From the NCBI RefSeq assembly GCF_964194025.1, contig NC_134479.1, forward strand, positions 34,596,001-34,660,000: DNA of 64,000 nucleotides. Reading direction: 5' to 3'. The translations under genes and the position numbers were made by a program. The stretch's first letter is position 1; each line of letters starts with the position of its first letter. The DNA is from Convolutriloba macropyga. Taxonomy: Eukaryota. This document shows positions 26,001 through 38,000 of this stretch, one piece after another. The notes beneath the pieces were generated by a model. That model saw only the letters and a list, made by a program, of their open reading frames with translations. It had not been told where the DNA came from and searched no databases.

Positions 26001-29000
26001 AATTTTTGTTATTTTATAGGTTTATCTAGCCTCAAGAGCCAAGAAACCTCCTCTAAAGTTTGATAACAATTTATTGTATATTTTCTAGATGCAATGGAGT
26101 GTTTTTAAAGATTTTAACACTTAACGAGTTTTAGCATTCTTTTGAAAAATTTTTGGCAATCTTCATGTTTTTTGAAATTGTTTGTCATTTTTTTAAGGTT
26201 TTTCTAGCCTCAAGAGCCAAGAAACCTCTTTCGAGGTTTAATACTAAGCTGTTGCTTAGTTTCTAGAGTTAATGGAATGGTTATCATTATTTTAATGACT
26301 CGCGTTTCAGCAATTTTTTGATAAATTTTAATTTGAAAATTTTTTGAAAATTTTTTATCATGTTCCAAGTGTACGGATCTTTATGAGCCAATGAAACTGC
26401 TTAAGGCTTGAAATAGGCATACTGGATAGTCTATTGAGACAATAAAATGGCTTTGAAGATTTTTATATCTTGAATTTTAGCAAGATTGAGTTTAACGATC
26501 ATTAGTGGTCAACGAAGCTTTTCAAGTCTTGCAGATGGATTACTTGACATAACTCCAGAGACAAAAAAAGTTTTTATCTTTGTTTTGCTTGTCTCTGAGT
26601 GCCTCCTCTGTCAACCAAGTTTCCTTTTTTCTAAGTTTTTGCTCTTTCTAAAGTTGTAAACCTTACATCTTTTAAAACCTTTTAAATCTATCTGAAGATA
26701 TTAATATTACGAATTTTAGCAAGACTTTAAAATTGCTATTGTTTTTAAAATTTTTGATTATTTTGTCATTTTCTGAGTTTAGCAATCCTTATTGCCCAAC
26801 GAAGCTTTTTTAAGTTTTGGGTTACATGACAAATATCCAGAGACAAAAAATGTTTCGAATCTCATCATGGAAAAAATTCCTATCTCTCTCTCAATCTCTC
26901 TCTCTGTTGGCTGGCGTTTCCTTCCTTCTCTCTCTCGCTCACGTTTAATTTCGCACTCTCTCTCTCTCTCTCTCTCTCTCCTGAACTCTTTTGTTGATGC
27001 CGAACTTCAGTGGCTGTTATGTGGCATGATGTCATTGTCTATTACCCTAATATCAGGCCCCCAATCAAGCTAAAATTAACCCCACTAAACAGTGGCTAGG
27101 TACTGACGAAGCCAACCCCTCGTCGGTCGTTTGAGAGCAATTCGCCCGACATTAGTCGGTTATGATTATTTTTGTTTAACTCTGGTTAATTTTTTATTGG
27201 ATTATTTAAAAAAAAACGTCATCATTGAAAAAAAAACGTTATCAATAAAATTTTTTATTGGATTATTTTTAAAAAAACGTCATTTTTTATTGTATTATTT
27301 TAAAAAACTGAAACTTAAGTTGTTCTATTTCAAGAAAATAGAATTGTTGATTAATAAATTCTAACATAATTTACTAACATGTAGCATTAACCAAGCGGCT
27401 TCTTTATTTACATATTTCAGATTTTTAAAAATGTTCAAAATTTTTTTTCGATTTTAGCGGAAAATTGATCCGTGGAAAAAAAATGTTTCACCTACTCAAT
27501 AATTCCATTAGTGATGCTTCTATAGTACAGCATTTGTCCGATCAGAGGTTAAAAGAAAAAGAAAATTGAAAAAAAAAACATTTAAAAAACCATATATTTA
27601 AGGAAACTTTGTTTTTTTTCTTTGTATTAGTTGATGGTTGGGAGTAAGGTGTTAAAGACCTCAGACCTCAGGCCCCGTTGCCAATCCTTTCCGGGTCTGT
27701 TAACCCTTTACGATGCTGTGCATATGGTAACAGAACTTATTTAGTATACCCGAGATATAAATTTCTGTATTTCTTTTCTTAATATTTTAGCATCACGAAT
27801 GAGAGATCTCAATTTGTCCGTTTCTCCTCTCCTTATTTCTACTCTGGCTTTGCAATTATGGTCGCCAAAAAACCCCCAGAACCTGAGAAGTTTGCGTTCC
27901 TCAAACCCATGTCCTGGCGTGTCTGGTTGCTCATTCTTCTTTGTTGCAAAGGCGTGGCCGTGACCTTGACTTATGTGGAGATGTTGAGCCGGAAGGTTAT
28001 AGCGCGCGCTATATTGAAGGTCTGTAAACATTATGATAACTCTGTTTTGCGGTTCTTGAATCTGTCCAACTCCTTATAATATTGGTAGTTAGAGCATAAG
28101 CAATAAGAACATCCCGGCAGCTGACTGACATTTGTGAGATACGTTGATAGTGATCAAAAGCCATTCACTGGAACAAAATTATTTGGAACAACTTTTAAAA
28201 AAATCGGAATTCTGTTCTTGCTTGTTATTTTACGCGTTTTAAGCTTGTAATCTTTTAAGAGAATATAAACATTTTTGAATGTAAGAGCTGTCTAAATTAA
28301 AATAGTTGATAGATGGCGTAATCCTCGTGTTTTTTTTCGGATTTCATACTGCTATGTATATGTTTTAGTTTGTTTCGTTAGGCACCAATAAGATTCAATT
28401 GTTGTTTTATGTCACGATTTTTCTGGTCGGAATCAAGAAGGACTTCNNNNNNNNNNNNNNNNNNNNNNNNNNNNNNNNNNNNNNNNNNNNNNNNNNNNNN
28501 NNNNNNNNNNNNNNNNNNNNNNNNNNNNNNNNNNNNNNNNNNNNNNNNNNNNNNNNNNNNNNNNNNNNNNNNNNNNNNNNNNNNNNNNNNNNNNNNNNNN
28601 NNNNNNNNNNNGTATCGTACTAGGAAATACTTTACGATTTTTTGACATCATATAATGATCCTTGTATGAATAATCGATGCAAAAAAACCTGGTAAGCGGC
28701 AACCATGGGTACCAGAAAGTGAGAGTAAAGAATTTGGATTTTTTCTCAACACCTTAGCTTTTATTGGATTGTCACTTTTTTGCTCGTTCTCTCTCAACAG
28801 TGTAACAAAAAAATGTTAACCATTGAAAAAATGTAATTCTGCGACGCTGTGAAATAAAATCTGGTAGTGTTAGATGATCAAGAGCGTGGAATTGTTTCCT
28901 TAACGCCTATATTACACCAAAGGATACAATTGCGGTTATTTGCTTTTTTCATATTTTTGAAACTAATTTCTGCGAATATCGAGAAATAAAAATGATCATG

Positions 29001-32000
29001 GAAAAATGACTAGAGCGTAGAATACTATTCAATACTATCAATGATGCCCTTCCGTATTTCTCTTGTAACGCCTCTTCTCCCACTTATAACAAAGAATTTT
29101 GTTACATCGCCCAATTTATTTTAGTGGTTCCAAATCTGTCCGGATACTGTATTTTTGCAATTCGTTGTTGTAACTATACATCCCTTATGTTCTTACCGTT
29201 GTATTTCAACTTCAGTTTAAAATTATTTCCCTAAGCTTCTATTTTTGAAATCAAAATGGACTGATTTGCTGCACATGACACCATAGAGGATCACTTTATT
29301 TATACGAGTTCAATGGGATAGGGAAAAAATTGAAGACAAAGATATATGCTTAAAACCTTGAAAAATATTTAAACTTAGACCTATGTTGTTTTTTGATTTT
29401 TTTCTTGCCAATGAAAAATCGAGGAGCTGGGGATAGTAATATATGAATCGCAGCACAAGTAATTTTTAAATAGAACACAGTAACAGATAATGGTACTGCT
29501 CAAGAAAAATTTTCAATACAAGACACAGTAACAATTTACTGCTCAAGAAAATTTAAATTATGAGACACAGTGACATATTATCTACTGCTGACGTCAGTTT
29601 GGCATCAGTTTTGCTGAATTAAAGGGAAAAAGTTGTTCCTCCGGCAGCTGTTGTTGTTGATTGCTTTTTGTGTTGCTGTTTTAGTCGCCTTTTTATGCCT
29701 TTTTCCACGTGACTATCCATGACTATAATTGTAACTAGAACTGGCTATATTTCTATTACTATGACTAAATGGTTGCTATGACAACAGAAAGCAGATTAAA
29801 ATGAACAATGAGTACAGTTGAGTTTTCTCCCCTAGAATTCTTTTTTATCCTCCGTAAGCTCAACTCTAACTGTCGTGTTCTCCCATTTCTGCTAGATACA
29901 GTTTTGATCCAAAAATTTGATTCAAAAATTTTATTTAAACTTTGCAAGATGATGGGAATTTTTTCTAGATTTGAATTTTTAAGAAAAATAACAAATATAT
30001 ATTAGTTTGCTCATATTTAAGAACACTTTTCATTTTTTAGAAAAGATGAAATAATTGTTGAGGTGAAAACAACTGTCAGCAGGATGGAAATAAAACGGAT
30101 CCTCCACTATGCCCTCTCAGTTTCTATAATTACCACGCAATTGCAAATTGTTTGTTGTTATGTAACACTTTGCTATATAAAATAATAGCACAAATGCTTG
30201 ATGGTTGTAAAAGTTGCATTGCCACTAAAGCGGGCATTTAAAATAAATTAAATGAAACCTATGACGCTAAAAGGAGAGTTTTTTCTATTTTACAGTTTTT
30301 GAATTCTTGAACATTTATTCGTTGAATCTTATGAAAGCTCTGATTTGGAGTTACATCAAAATTGGGATCTTTTCCGTTTGTGCCCCCTCAAGTATGTTAT
30401 GCTCCCCCCAATTACAGAGCACGTGTCATTACATGGTAAATCATTATGTAAAATTATTGCACGTGCTTCTGGTGCAAATAATATGCACCCACTAATCTGG
30501 GGGGGGGGGGCAAACAGAAAAGATCCCAAAATTGAATTGATTCAGCAGATTTGTGAAAATGCGCATTCTTGACTTCTTTCACGTGAAATTGTTTTCATGA
30601 TATAACAAACAAAGTCGTTGATTTTTGGTCTTATTTCATTTCATTTCAGTAGGTGTATTCAATATATTTAAATCACGGCAGCAATTAAAAAAAACTGAAA
30701 ACGAAAAAACTGAAAATTCTGTAAAATTGTGTAACATTTTTTGACTTCTTCAATGCAAAGGAATTAATCGGCGGCTGTTTCTTTTAAATGATTTTAAGAG
30801 CGGATGTTTTTTGGCGAAGGATTCGTTGAACTGTCGAAACTCAGTTTTTGACAGAGAAATGTTTTGCTATAATTTCTGATTCATTTAAAAAGAATTATCA
30901 TTTTTATTTCAGAGGCAGCAGCAGCAACAACAAAAACAATCAGAACAATCATCACCTTGGTCGTTTGCAATTAAAGCACTCAAAAACAATCAAAGCTTGC
31001 CAGCCAATCAGATTCCACCTCTAGCGTCCGCTAAACTAACTCAAACCATCGAAGAATCCGAAAAAGAAATGCCCAAAAAACCAGCCAAAATCAGCCGGCC
31101 TACCGCTTCGGGCGGAGAATACTGGTATGGGATGTCATCATCTTTGAACTCCGTCTTCGGAATTCTTTTCCTTCACACCTTGCCGACTAAAATGCCGAGA
31201 GGCACTGCCACGAAGTGTATCACCCATATATGGGCGGGGATTTCGGTGCTCGTTGTGTCGTGTTACACGGCTAATTTGGCCTCTTTCATGACGGGGAGAC
31301 TAACGTATCTGGATTTGGATATATCTGTTGTAAGTTGTGTTATCGTGTATATTTTTTACGATCTTTTCCGTCCCCCCCCCCCCCCCCCCCCGTACGTTAT
31401 GCACCCCCCAGTTATAGAGCATTACATAGTAAATCATTATGAAAAAATTTTGCACGTGCGTCGGGGGGTTGCAAATAATATCCACCCACAAAGCTGGGGG
31501 GAGGGGGACAAACGGAAAAGATTCCTTTTTCTTTAAAAATCTTTTTGGCTTTGTTCTGGCACAAAACTTTGCCTCTTATACAAAACTTTGCCTTTTAAAG
31601 TTTTTGAAAAAAAAAGTTGGTGACACATTGAACATTTTTTCCTTCACAGAACTGTTGGATGATCGATTGAGTTGTAATGACTGCAAAATTAATGCAAATT
31701 CTGTAAGTCATTTATTCATACTCTGAATTTTGCCTGATCATTGACTGAATAGTGCTGATCATTGACTGAAACAGTGCTATCTTTGAATGAATAGTGGCTG
31801 ATCATTGACTGAACAGGGATAATCATTGCAAGAATAGTAGTGCTGATCTTGACTGAATTGTTCTGATCATTGACTAGATGGTGCTGATCATTGAATGAAC
31901 ATTTTGATCATTGACTGAACAGTGCTGATCAGTGATAACATATGTTTAATTGTTTGTTTTAGATGATAAATAGTCAGAAAGAGTACAGCTATGGGGCTGT

Positions 32001-35000
32001 TAAGGGCAGTAGTGTTCAGAAGTATATTGGAGAACAGTGGGCTCACATGCAACCTATTCTAGCCAAACATCTTGTCAACTCAGCCTCTGACGCATTCCAA
32101 CAACTCAAGTTAGTGTTGCCAAAAAGAATAGAAATCGAGCAAAAATTGATTTTTGTCTTCTCAACGTGATAACACTTTCAGAATCAAAGTTGAGTTTGAA
32201 ATTCAGTGTCATTCGTAAAAGCAATTAGTTTATCTCCCTTCCCTTCTAAGTTTAACTTCTTCACATTGATATAGTTCAATCTCACGGCTCATTGAGTTAA
32301 AAGGCAAGTCTCTTAGATTTTATCCGCTCTGATTGTGCGACATGGTGTAGCAGTGGAAATACTGAATTTGCACCTTCAACCAATCAGAGACTGAGAAGAC
32401 TTTTATATACCCCAGTCGAGACCAGATGGTTATCTTGCAAGATTCTGCCAGAAAAATGGTTATCTTGCAAGATCTGCCAGAAAAATGGTTATTTTCCAAG
32501 ATCTGCCAGAAAAATGGTTATCTTGCAAGATTCTGGCAGAAAAATGGTTATCTTGCAAGTTTCTGGCAGAAAAATGGTTATCTTGCAAGTTTCTGGCAGA
32601 AAAATGGTTATCTTGCAAGTTTCTGCCAGAAAAATGGTTATCTTGCAAGATCTGCCAGAAAAATGGTTATCCTGCAAGATCTGCCAGAAAAATGGTTATC
32701 TTGCAAGATTCTGGCAGAAAAATGGTTATCTTGCAAGTTTCTGGCAGAAAAATGGTTATCTTGCAAGTTTCTGGCAGAAAAATGGTTATCTTGCAAGTTT
32801 CTGCCAGAAAAATGGTTATCTTGCAAGATCTGCCAGAAAAATGGTTATCCTGCAAGATCTGCCAGAAAAATGGTTATCTTGCAAGATTCTGGCAGAAAAA
32901 TGGTTATCTTGCAAGTTTCTGGCAGAAAAATGGTTATCTTGCAAGTTTCTGGCAGAATGAATGGTTATCTTGCAAGTTTCTGGCAGAAAAATGGTTATCT
33001 TGCAAGTTTCTGGCAGAATGAATGGTTATCTTGCAAGTTTCTGGCAGAATGAATGGTTATCTTGCAAGTTTCTGGCAGAATGAATGGTTATCTTGCAAGT
33101 TTCTGGCAGAAAAATGGTTATCTTGCAAGTTTCTGGCAGAATGAATGGTTATCTTGCAAGTTTCTGGCAGAATGAATGGTTATCTTGCAAGTTTCTGGCA
33201 GAAAAATGGTTATCTTGCAAGTTTCTGGCAGAATGAATGGTTATCTTGCAAGTTTCTGGTAGAATGAATGGTTATCTTGCAAGTTTCTGGCAGAATGAAT
33301 GGTTATCTTGCAAGTTTCTGGCAGAAAAATGGTTATCTTGCAAGTTTCTGGCAGAATGAATGGTTATCTTGCAAGTTTCTGGCAGAATGAATGATTATCT
33401 TGCAAGTTTCTGGCAGAAAAATGGTTATCTTGCAAGTTTCTGGCAGAATGAATGGTTATCTTGCAAGTTTCTGGCAGAATGAATGGTTATCTTGCAAGTT
33501 TCTGGCAGAAAAATGGTTATCTTGCAAGTTTCTGGCAGAATGAATGGTTATCTTGCAAGTTTCTGGCAGAATGAATGGTTATCTTGCAAGTTTCTGGCAG
33601 AAAAATGGTTATCTTGCAAGTTTCTGGCAGAATGAATGGTTATCTTGCAAGTTTCTGGCAGAATGAATGGTTATCTTGCAAGTTTCTGGCAGAAAAATGG
33701 TTATCTTGCAACTTTCTGGCAGAATGAATGGTTATCTTGCAAGTTTCTGGCAGAATGAATGGTTATCTTGCAAGTTTCTGGCAGAATGAATGGTTATCTT
33801 GCAAGTTTCTGGCAGAAAAATGGTTATCTTGCAAGTTTCTGGCAGAATGAATGGTTATCTTGCAAGTTTCTGGCAGAAAAATGGTTATCTTGCAAGTTTC
33901 TGGCAGAATGAATGGTTATCTTGCAAGTTTCTGGCAGAATGAATGGTTATCTTGCAAGTTTCTGGCAGAATGAATGGTTATCTTGCAAGTTTCTGGCAGA
34001 ATGAATGGTTATCTTGCAAGTTTCTGGCAGAATGAATGGTTATCTTGCAAGTTTCTGGCAGAATGAATGGTTATCTTGCAAGTTTCTGGCAGAAAAATGG
34101 TTATCTTGCAAGTTTCTGGCAGAATGAATGGTTATCTTGCAAGTTTCTGGCAGAAAAATGGTTATCTTGCAAGTTTCTGGCAGAATGAATGGTTATCTTG
34201 CAAGATTCTGGCAGAAATCTTGCAAGATAACCATTCGAAATCGACTGGGGTAGAGAGAACTAAACTAACTATAGTCAGTCTTTTAGATAGATACGCCATG
34301 TGTATACCATTGACTTCGGTGCTATACTTCTTAACCACCGTAATAATAGAAGTTTACTCTCAGTGTTTTACACAGTCGGTTAGTCTTAGAGAGATAGGTA
34401 AGTCTACTTCGCGCGCAGAATTAAGTAGCCCTAGCTCTTTATACTTTAAGGCTGTAAAAGGAGCCCACATTGGGTCTGCCTTAATGGTTTCGCCAGTTTT
34501 TTTTTCAATTTGTTATTATTTATTATAGTTTCACGTCACTTTTTGAGTCCTCTTATGCTATTATAGAAAGACTAGACAGCCGGCGGCTGTCTGGTCTTGT
34601 ATACAATGTATACGTTTTCATTGCTTTGCTTCCTATTATACTGTCATCCGAAATATACCATCAATCTTAAAAGGTCCAGAAATTGTCATATATAAAACTC
34701 ACTTATTTTTTATGACATGAATTATAGCATTTTTTGCTCGTCAAATTTGAGAGAAACGCATGATAACTTACGGACATCTAAACTGAATATAAGAGGAGTT
34801 ATTTGATCGTAAGCTGGAGCTGCCACACTTCAGAGTAGTCGCTCTGAAGCACTGGTAATTGACTAGGCTCTAATAGCCTTTTTAACTATTAAGGAGTATT
34901 GATTTTCACAGACTTAGCAGCAATAGAATATCAGCACTGAATCATCATTTTCCATTCCTTCAAATTGGCCGGACCAAGTGACTAATTATGTCACTTTTGA

Positions 35001-38000
35001 GCATGATCGGCACAATTTTTCGGAATGAAATTTGTGCCTCACGTAACAGTAGTCTTTTTATTGCTTTGGTAATACTTGACAGTGCATGATTGGAGCTGGT
35101 CAAAGGATGTCGGCGCCATTAGCAGTTTTAATGCCAGCCTGAGAATCTAGGCGGTTCGGTAATTACAGCTATTTTTTACCCGCATGATCGAACCAACCAC
35201 TTGAGCGCTTTATTCTTTTTATTTGTCTATAAACATTTTCAACTCATTTCCTTCATTTTCTGATTCATCGCGTGTAATTTCGCTTTTAGCAACTTCGCCT
35301 GTTTTTTAAACGGATACATGCCCGGGTTGCTCATCATACAAATTTCTTAGATGTCATACTAGGTCATATATGATTCCTAGTAATCATACTAGGTCATATA
35401 TGATTTGTATGAACTCTTGGTAGTCATACAAGGGTAATATATGATTTCCTAGAAATCAAGTAAGGATCATACAAAAAACTTTTACGCCTAAAAACTGTTC
35501 AAATTTCATTCTCTATCGACTTTGAAAATATTTCTTGGAAATCATACAAGGTCATATATGACACATAAAACATTGACTGCTGCCACAAATTCCCGTATAC
35601 AGTCAGAGGACATTTTAAGTTATTGTATTGCATTTGCGCTCCGCATTTGATTCATTGTGTGCGCTATAAAGAGTTAACTCTGTAATTTGAACATATTTAC
35701 AAAACGAACTTGAGGTTATAAGCAAATTTCTGTTTATGCTTCTTATAAATGAGCTTTTATAGGTATTAGCTGACTTCAGAGATTATCAAAGTTTTAGGTA
35801 TCTATTCGGACTTAGTCTTTTATTTAGTGCCCCACTCTGCTGTCCTCTTCTGAATTTCTGCTAGGCTCAACAGTGAGGGGACGCGGTCGCCCAGAATATC
35901 GATCAAATAAAATAAACCAAAGGTTTTGAATTGGTGAAGCAAGCGTTACTTTACTTTGTTACTCTGCGATTTCCCCTCCTCCACTTTTGTATGCTGTTGC
36001 AAATTAGATTGCCTTGAAATAAGTTAATTCACAATGGGGCTTGTAAAATCAATTCTAGTTATATGGATAACGAATGTAAAAAAATTACTTGCACATCAAT
36101 AGAAAGGACAAACCAAAAGACAATTTATAAGAGTAATTAAAATAGTAATAACAATATCCGCGGATCACTTCCCAAATGAACAAAATCAAAAACGCTCACA
36201 GTATCCCAACTGGTCTTGCACTTACAAACTTCCAGATTTCACTCTCAATCTCTTTTAAAGTTTAGTCCCACTAAATCAACTACTTTCTGTCGCTCGTGCA
36301 AAAATCTCTCCTGTGTTCAAACTTCTGAACTTTCCCAGAATTCTCCAACATCTCTAAATTTCTCTGTGTTACTTCAGTTTATACTCGACCAATACGCTGT
36401 TATCTTAGGCAAACAAACCTTAATCTCTTAAGTAAACATTGCAACTTACACTTGAAATTGTCACATTCTGTAGGAGGGTTTTGTTTGCTATGCAAACAAA
36501 CCCATATCAAATTATGTTCTTTCATTCAACTGCTACTAACCATTGTTCAACATTCTCCTTATCTTAAGTACACAACCTTTGGACTCTTATGTAAACAAAC
36601 CCACTCCACTTTATCTCATATTTGTGCTTGACATGTCAATCAGTGTTTGCTTAGTAATCATTGAAAGTGGCCCTGAAAAGTTCTTATTCTTCTATTTCCG
36701 CTGTCAAATTAACTAGCTGCAATCAATCCCTGTGAAACATCATGTGTTGAATAAAAAACTAAACTCAACCCCAAACCTAAGAGCAATTGTTATTCTGAGT
36801 TTTCTCAACATTTCATGCAATTACCCATTTAAAAATGCCAGAGAGTCTAACATTGCTAAAATCCCACAATTTGTGCCCTAGTGGTCATCCAAAGGTCAGC
36901 ACTCAAACATGAGGGGTCAAGTTGATAAAACTAACTTTTGTCACGGAAACTAACTATTGTCACCCGACGTGTTCGGGTAAAAATTCTTGGTAAATATAGG
37001 GTGCCACCAACCTGCCTGCCAGTTTTCTTGACCAACGGATTAGCCGAGTTCGTCAAATCCGAGTTCATCAAAATCAACCAGGGTGGGTATTTTTTGTCAC
37101 TAACTGCCTCAGGTTATCATATTATTACCATTTCAAAGTCATTCGGCCGTTCAAAAAGGCCAATTTCTGGTTTTCGCCACTCGGGTTGCCCCGAAGCACT
37201 GACTTCCGGTCTCACCCGGAATTTAAAAATATCACCAATAAAAAGCCTTTGAAAAGCTACACTAACCCTCCAAAAATCATATGGCTGCTACCAATACTCC
37301 ACGAGCAATTCAAATTTTACGTCCCGCAGCACCGGCGTGCGCTAGTCCCGTGCAAGTTGGTGGGGGTCTAATCTGACTTCAAAATTGGATTCCCCGTACC
37401 CAAATTAGTCTATCCCCCAATTTTCAGGTCAATCCGACCTTAGCACATTGAGAAATGGCTATTTCCGTTTCAATGTTAACTATTTTTTAATGAAAACTGC
37501 CTATTCTTATTTCAAAACGCTAATTAATTTCTCTCACAACTTCCTAAACCCTTCCCATGATCATCTGATACGTTACTCTAGACTTTATACCCATTGCAAC
37601 CCTTGAGGGGTGCGGTTTAAATCTGCTAGGTGGTATTTTCAAAAACTGATAAATTGCCTTTTTATTTACTCTAAGTCATCAAAACTTTACTTAACTAACT
37701 CAGATCGAAAAGTTGCAACCGGCCGCGTATCCCTATAATATATGGAGAATCATCATGGGAACATCTCCTCAAATTTGCAGAGTCCAATGATTAATATAAC
37801 TTAAGGAGTTGAGGTGTACCAGGTTCGCGGGTGCCAATAATTTTGCAGTTTCGAAATCGCACTTTTATTTACTTCAAATTGAAATTCCAATTTTGATCAA
37901 AGTATCTAGTTCACTTCAATTGTTTGCTGTCCAGTTTAGTTCTAAATTTAAATCACTGATTTCGACTTTGGCCTGATGCACAAATACAACTTTGTTTATT

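Noticed and set aside
32426-34528. Repetitive ORFs and a CRISPR-like regular array
   Set aside because: Head-to-tail satellite with no unique spacers and no cas genes; the ORFs are translation artefacts
35893-35907. 15-bp match (agaatatcgatcaaa) to the Copia LTR start
   Set aside because: No homology beyond it and opposite element orientation; likely chance
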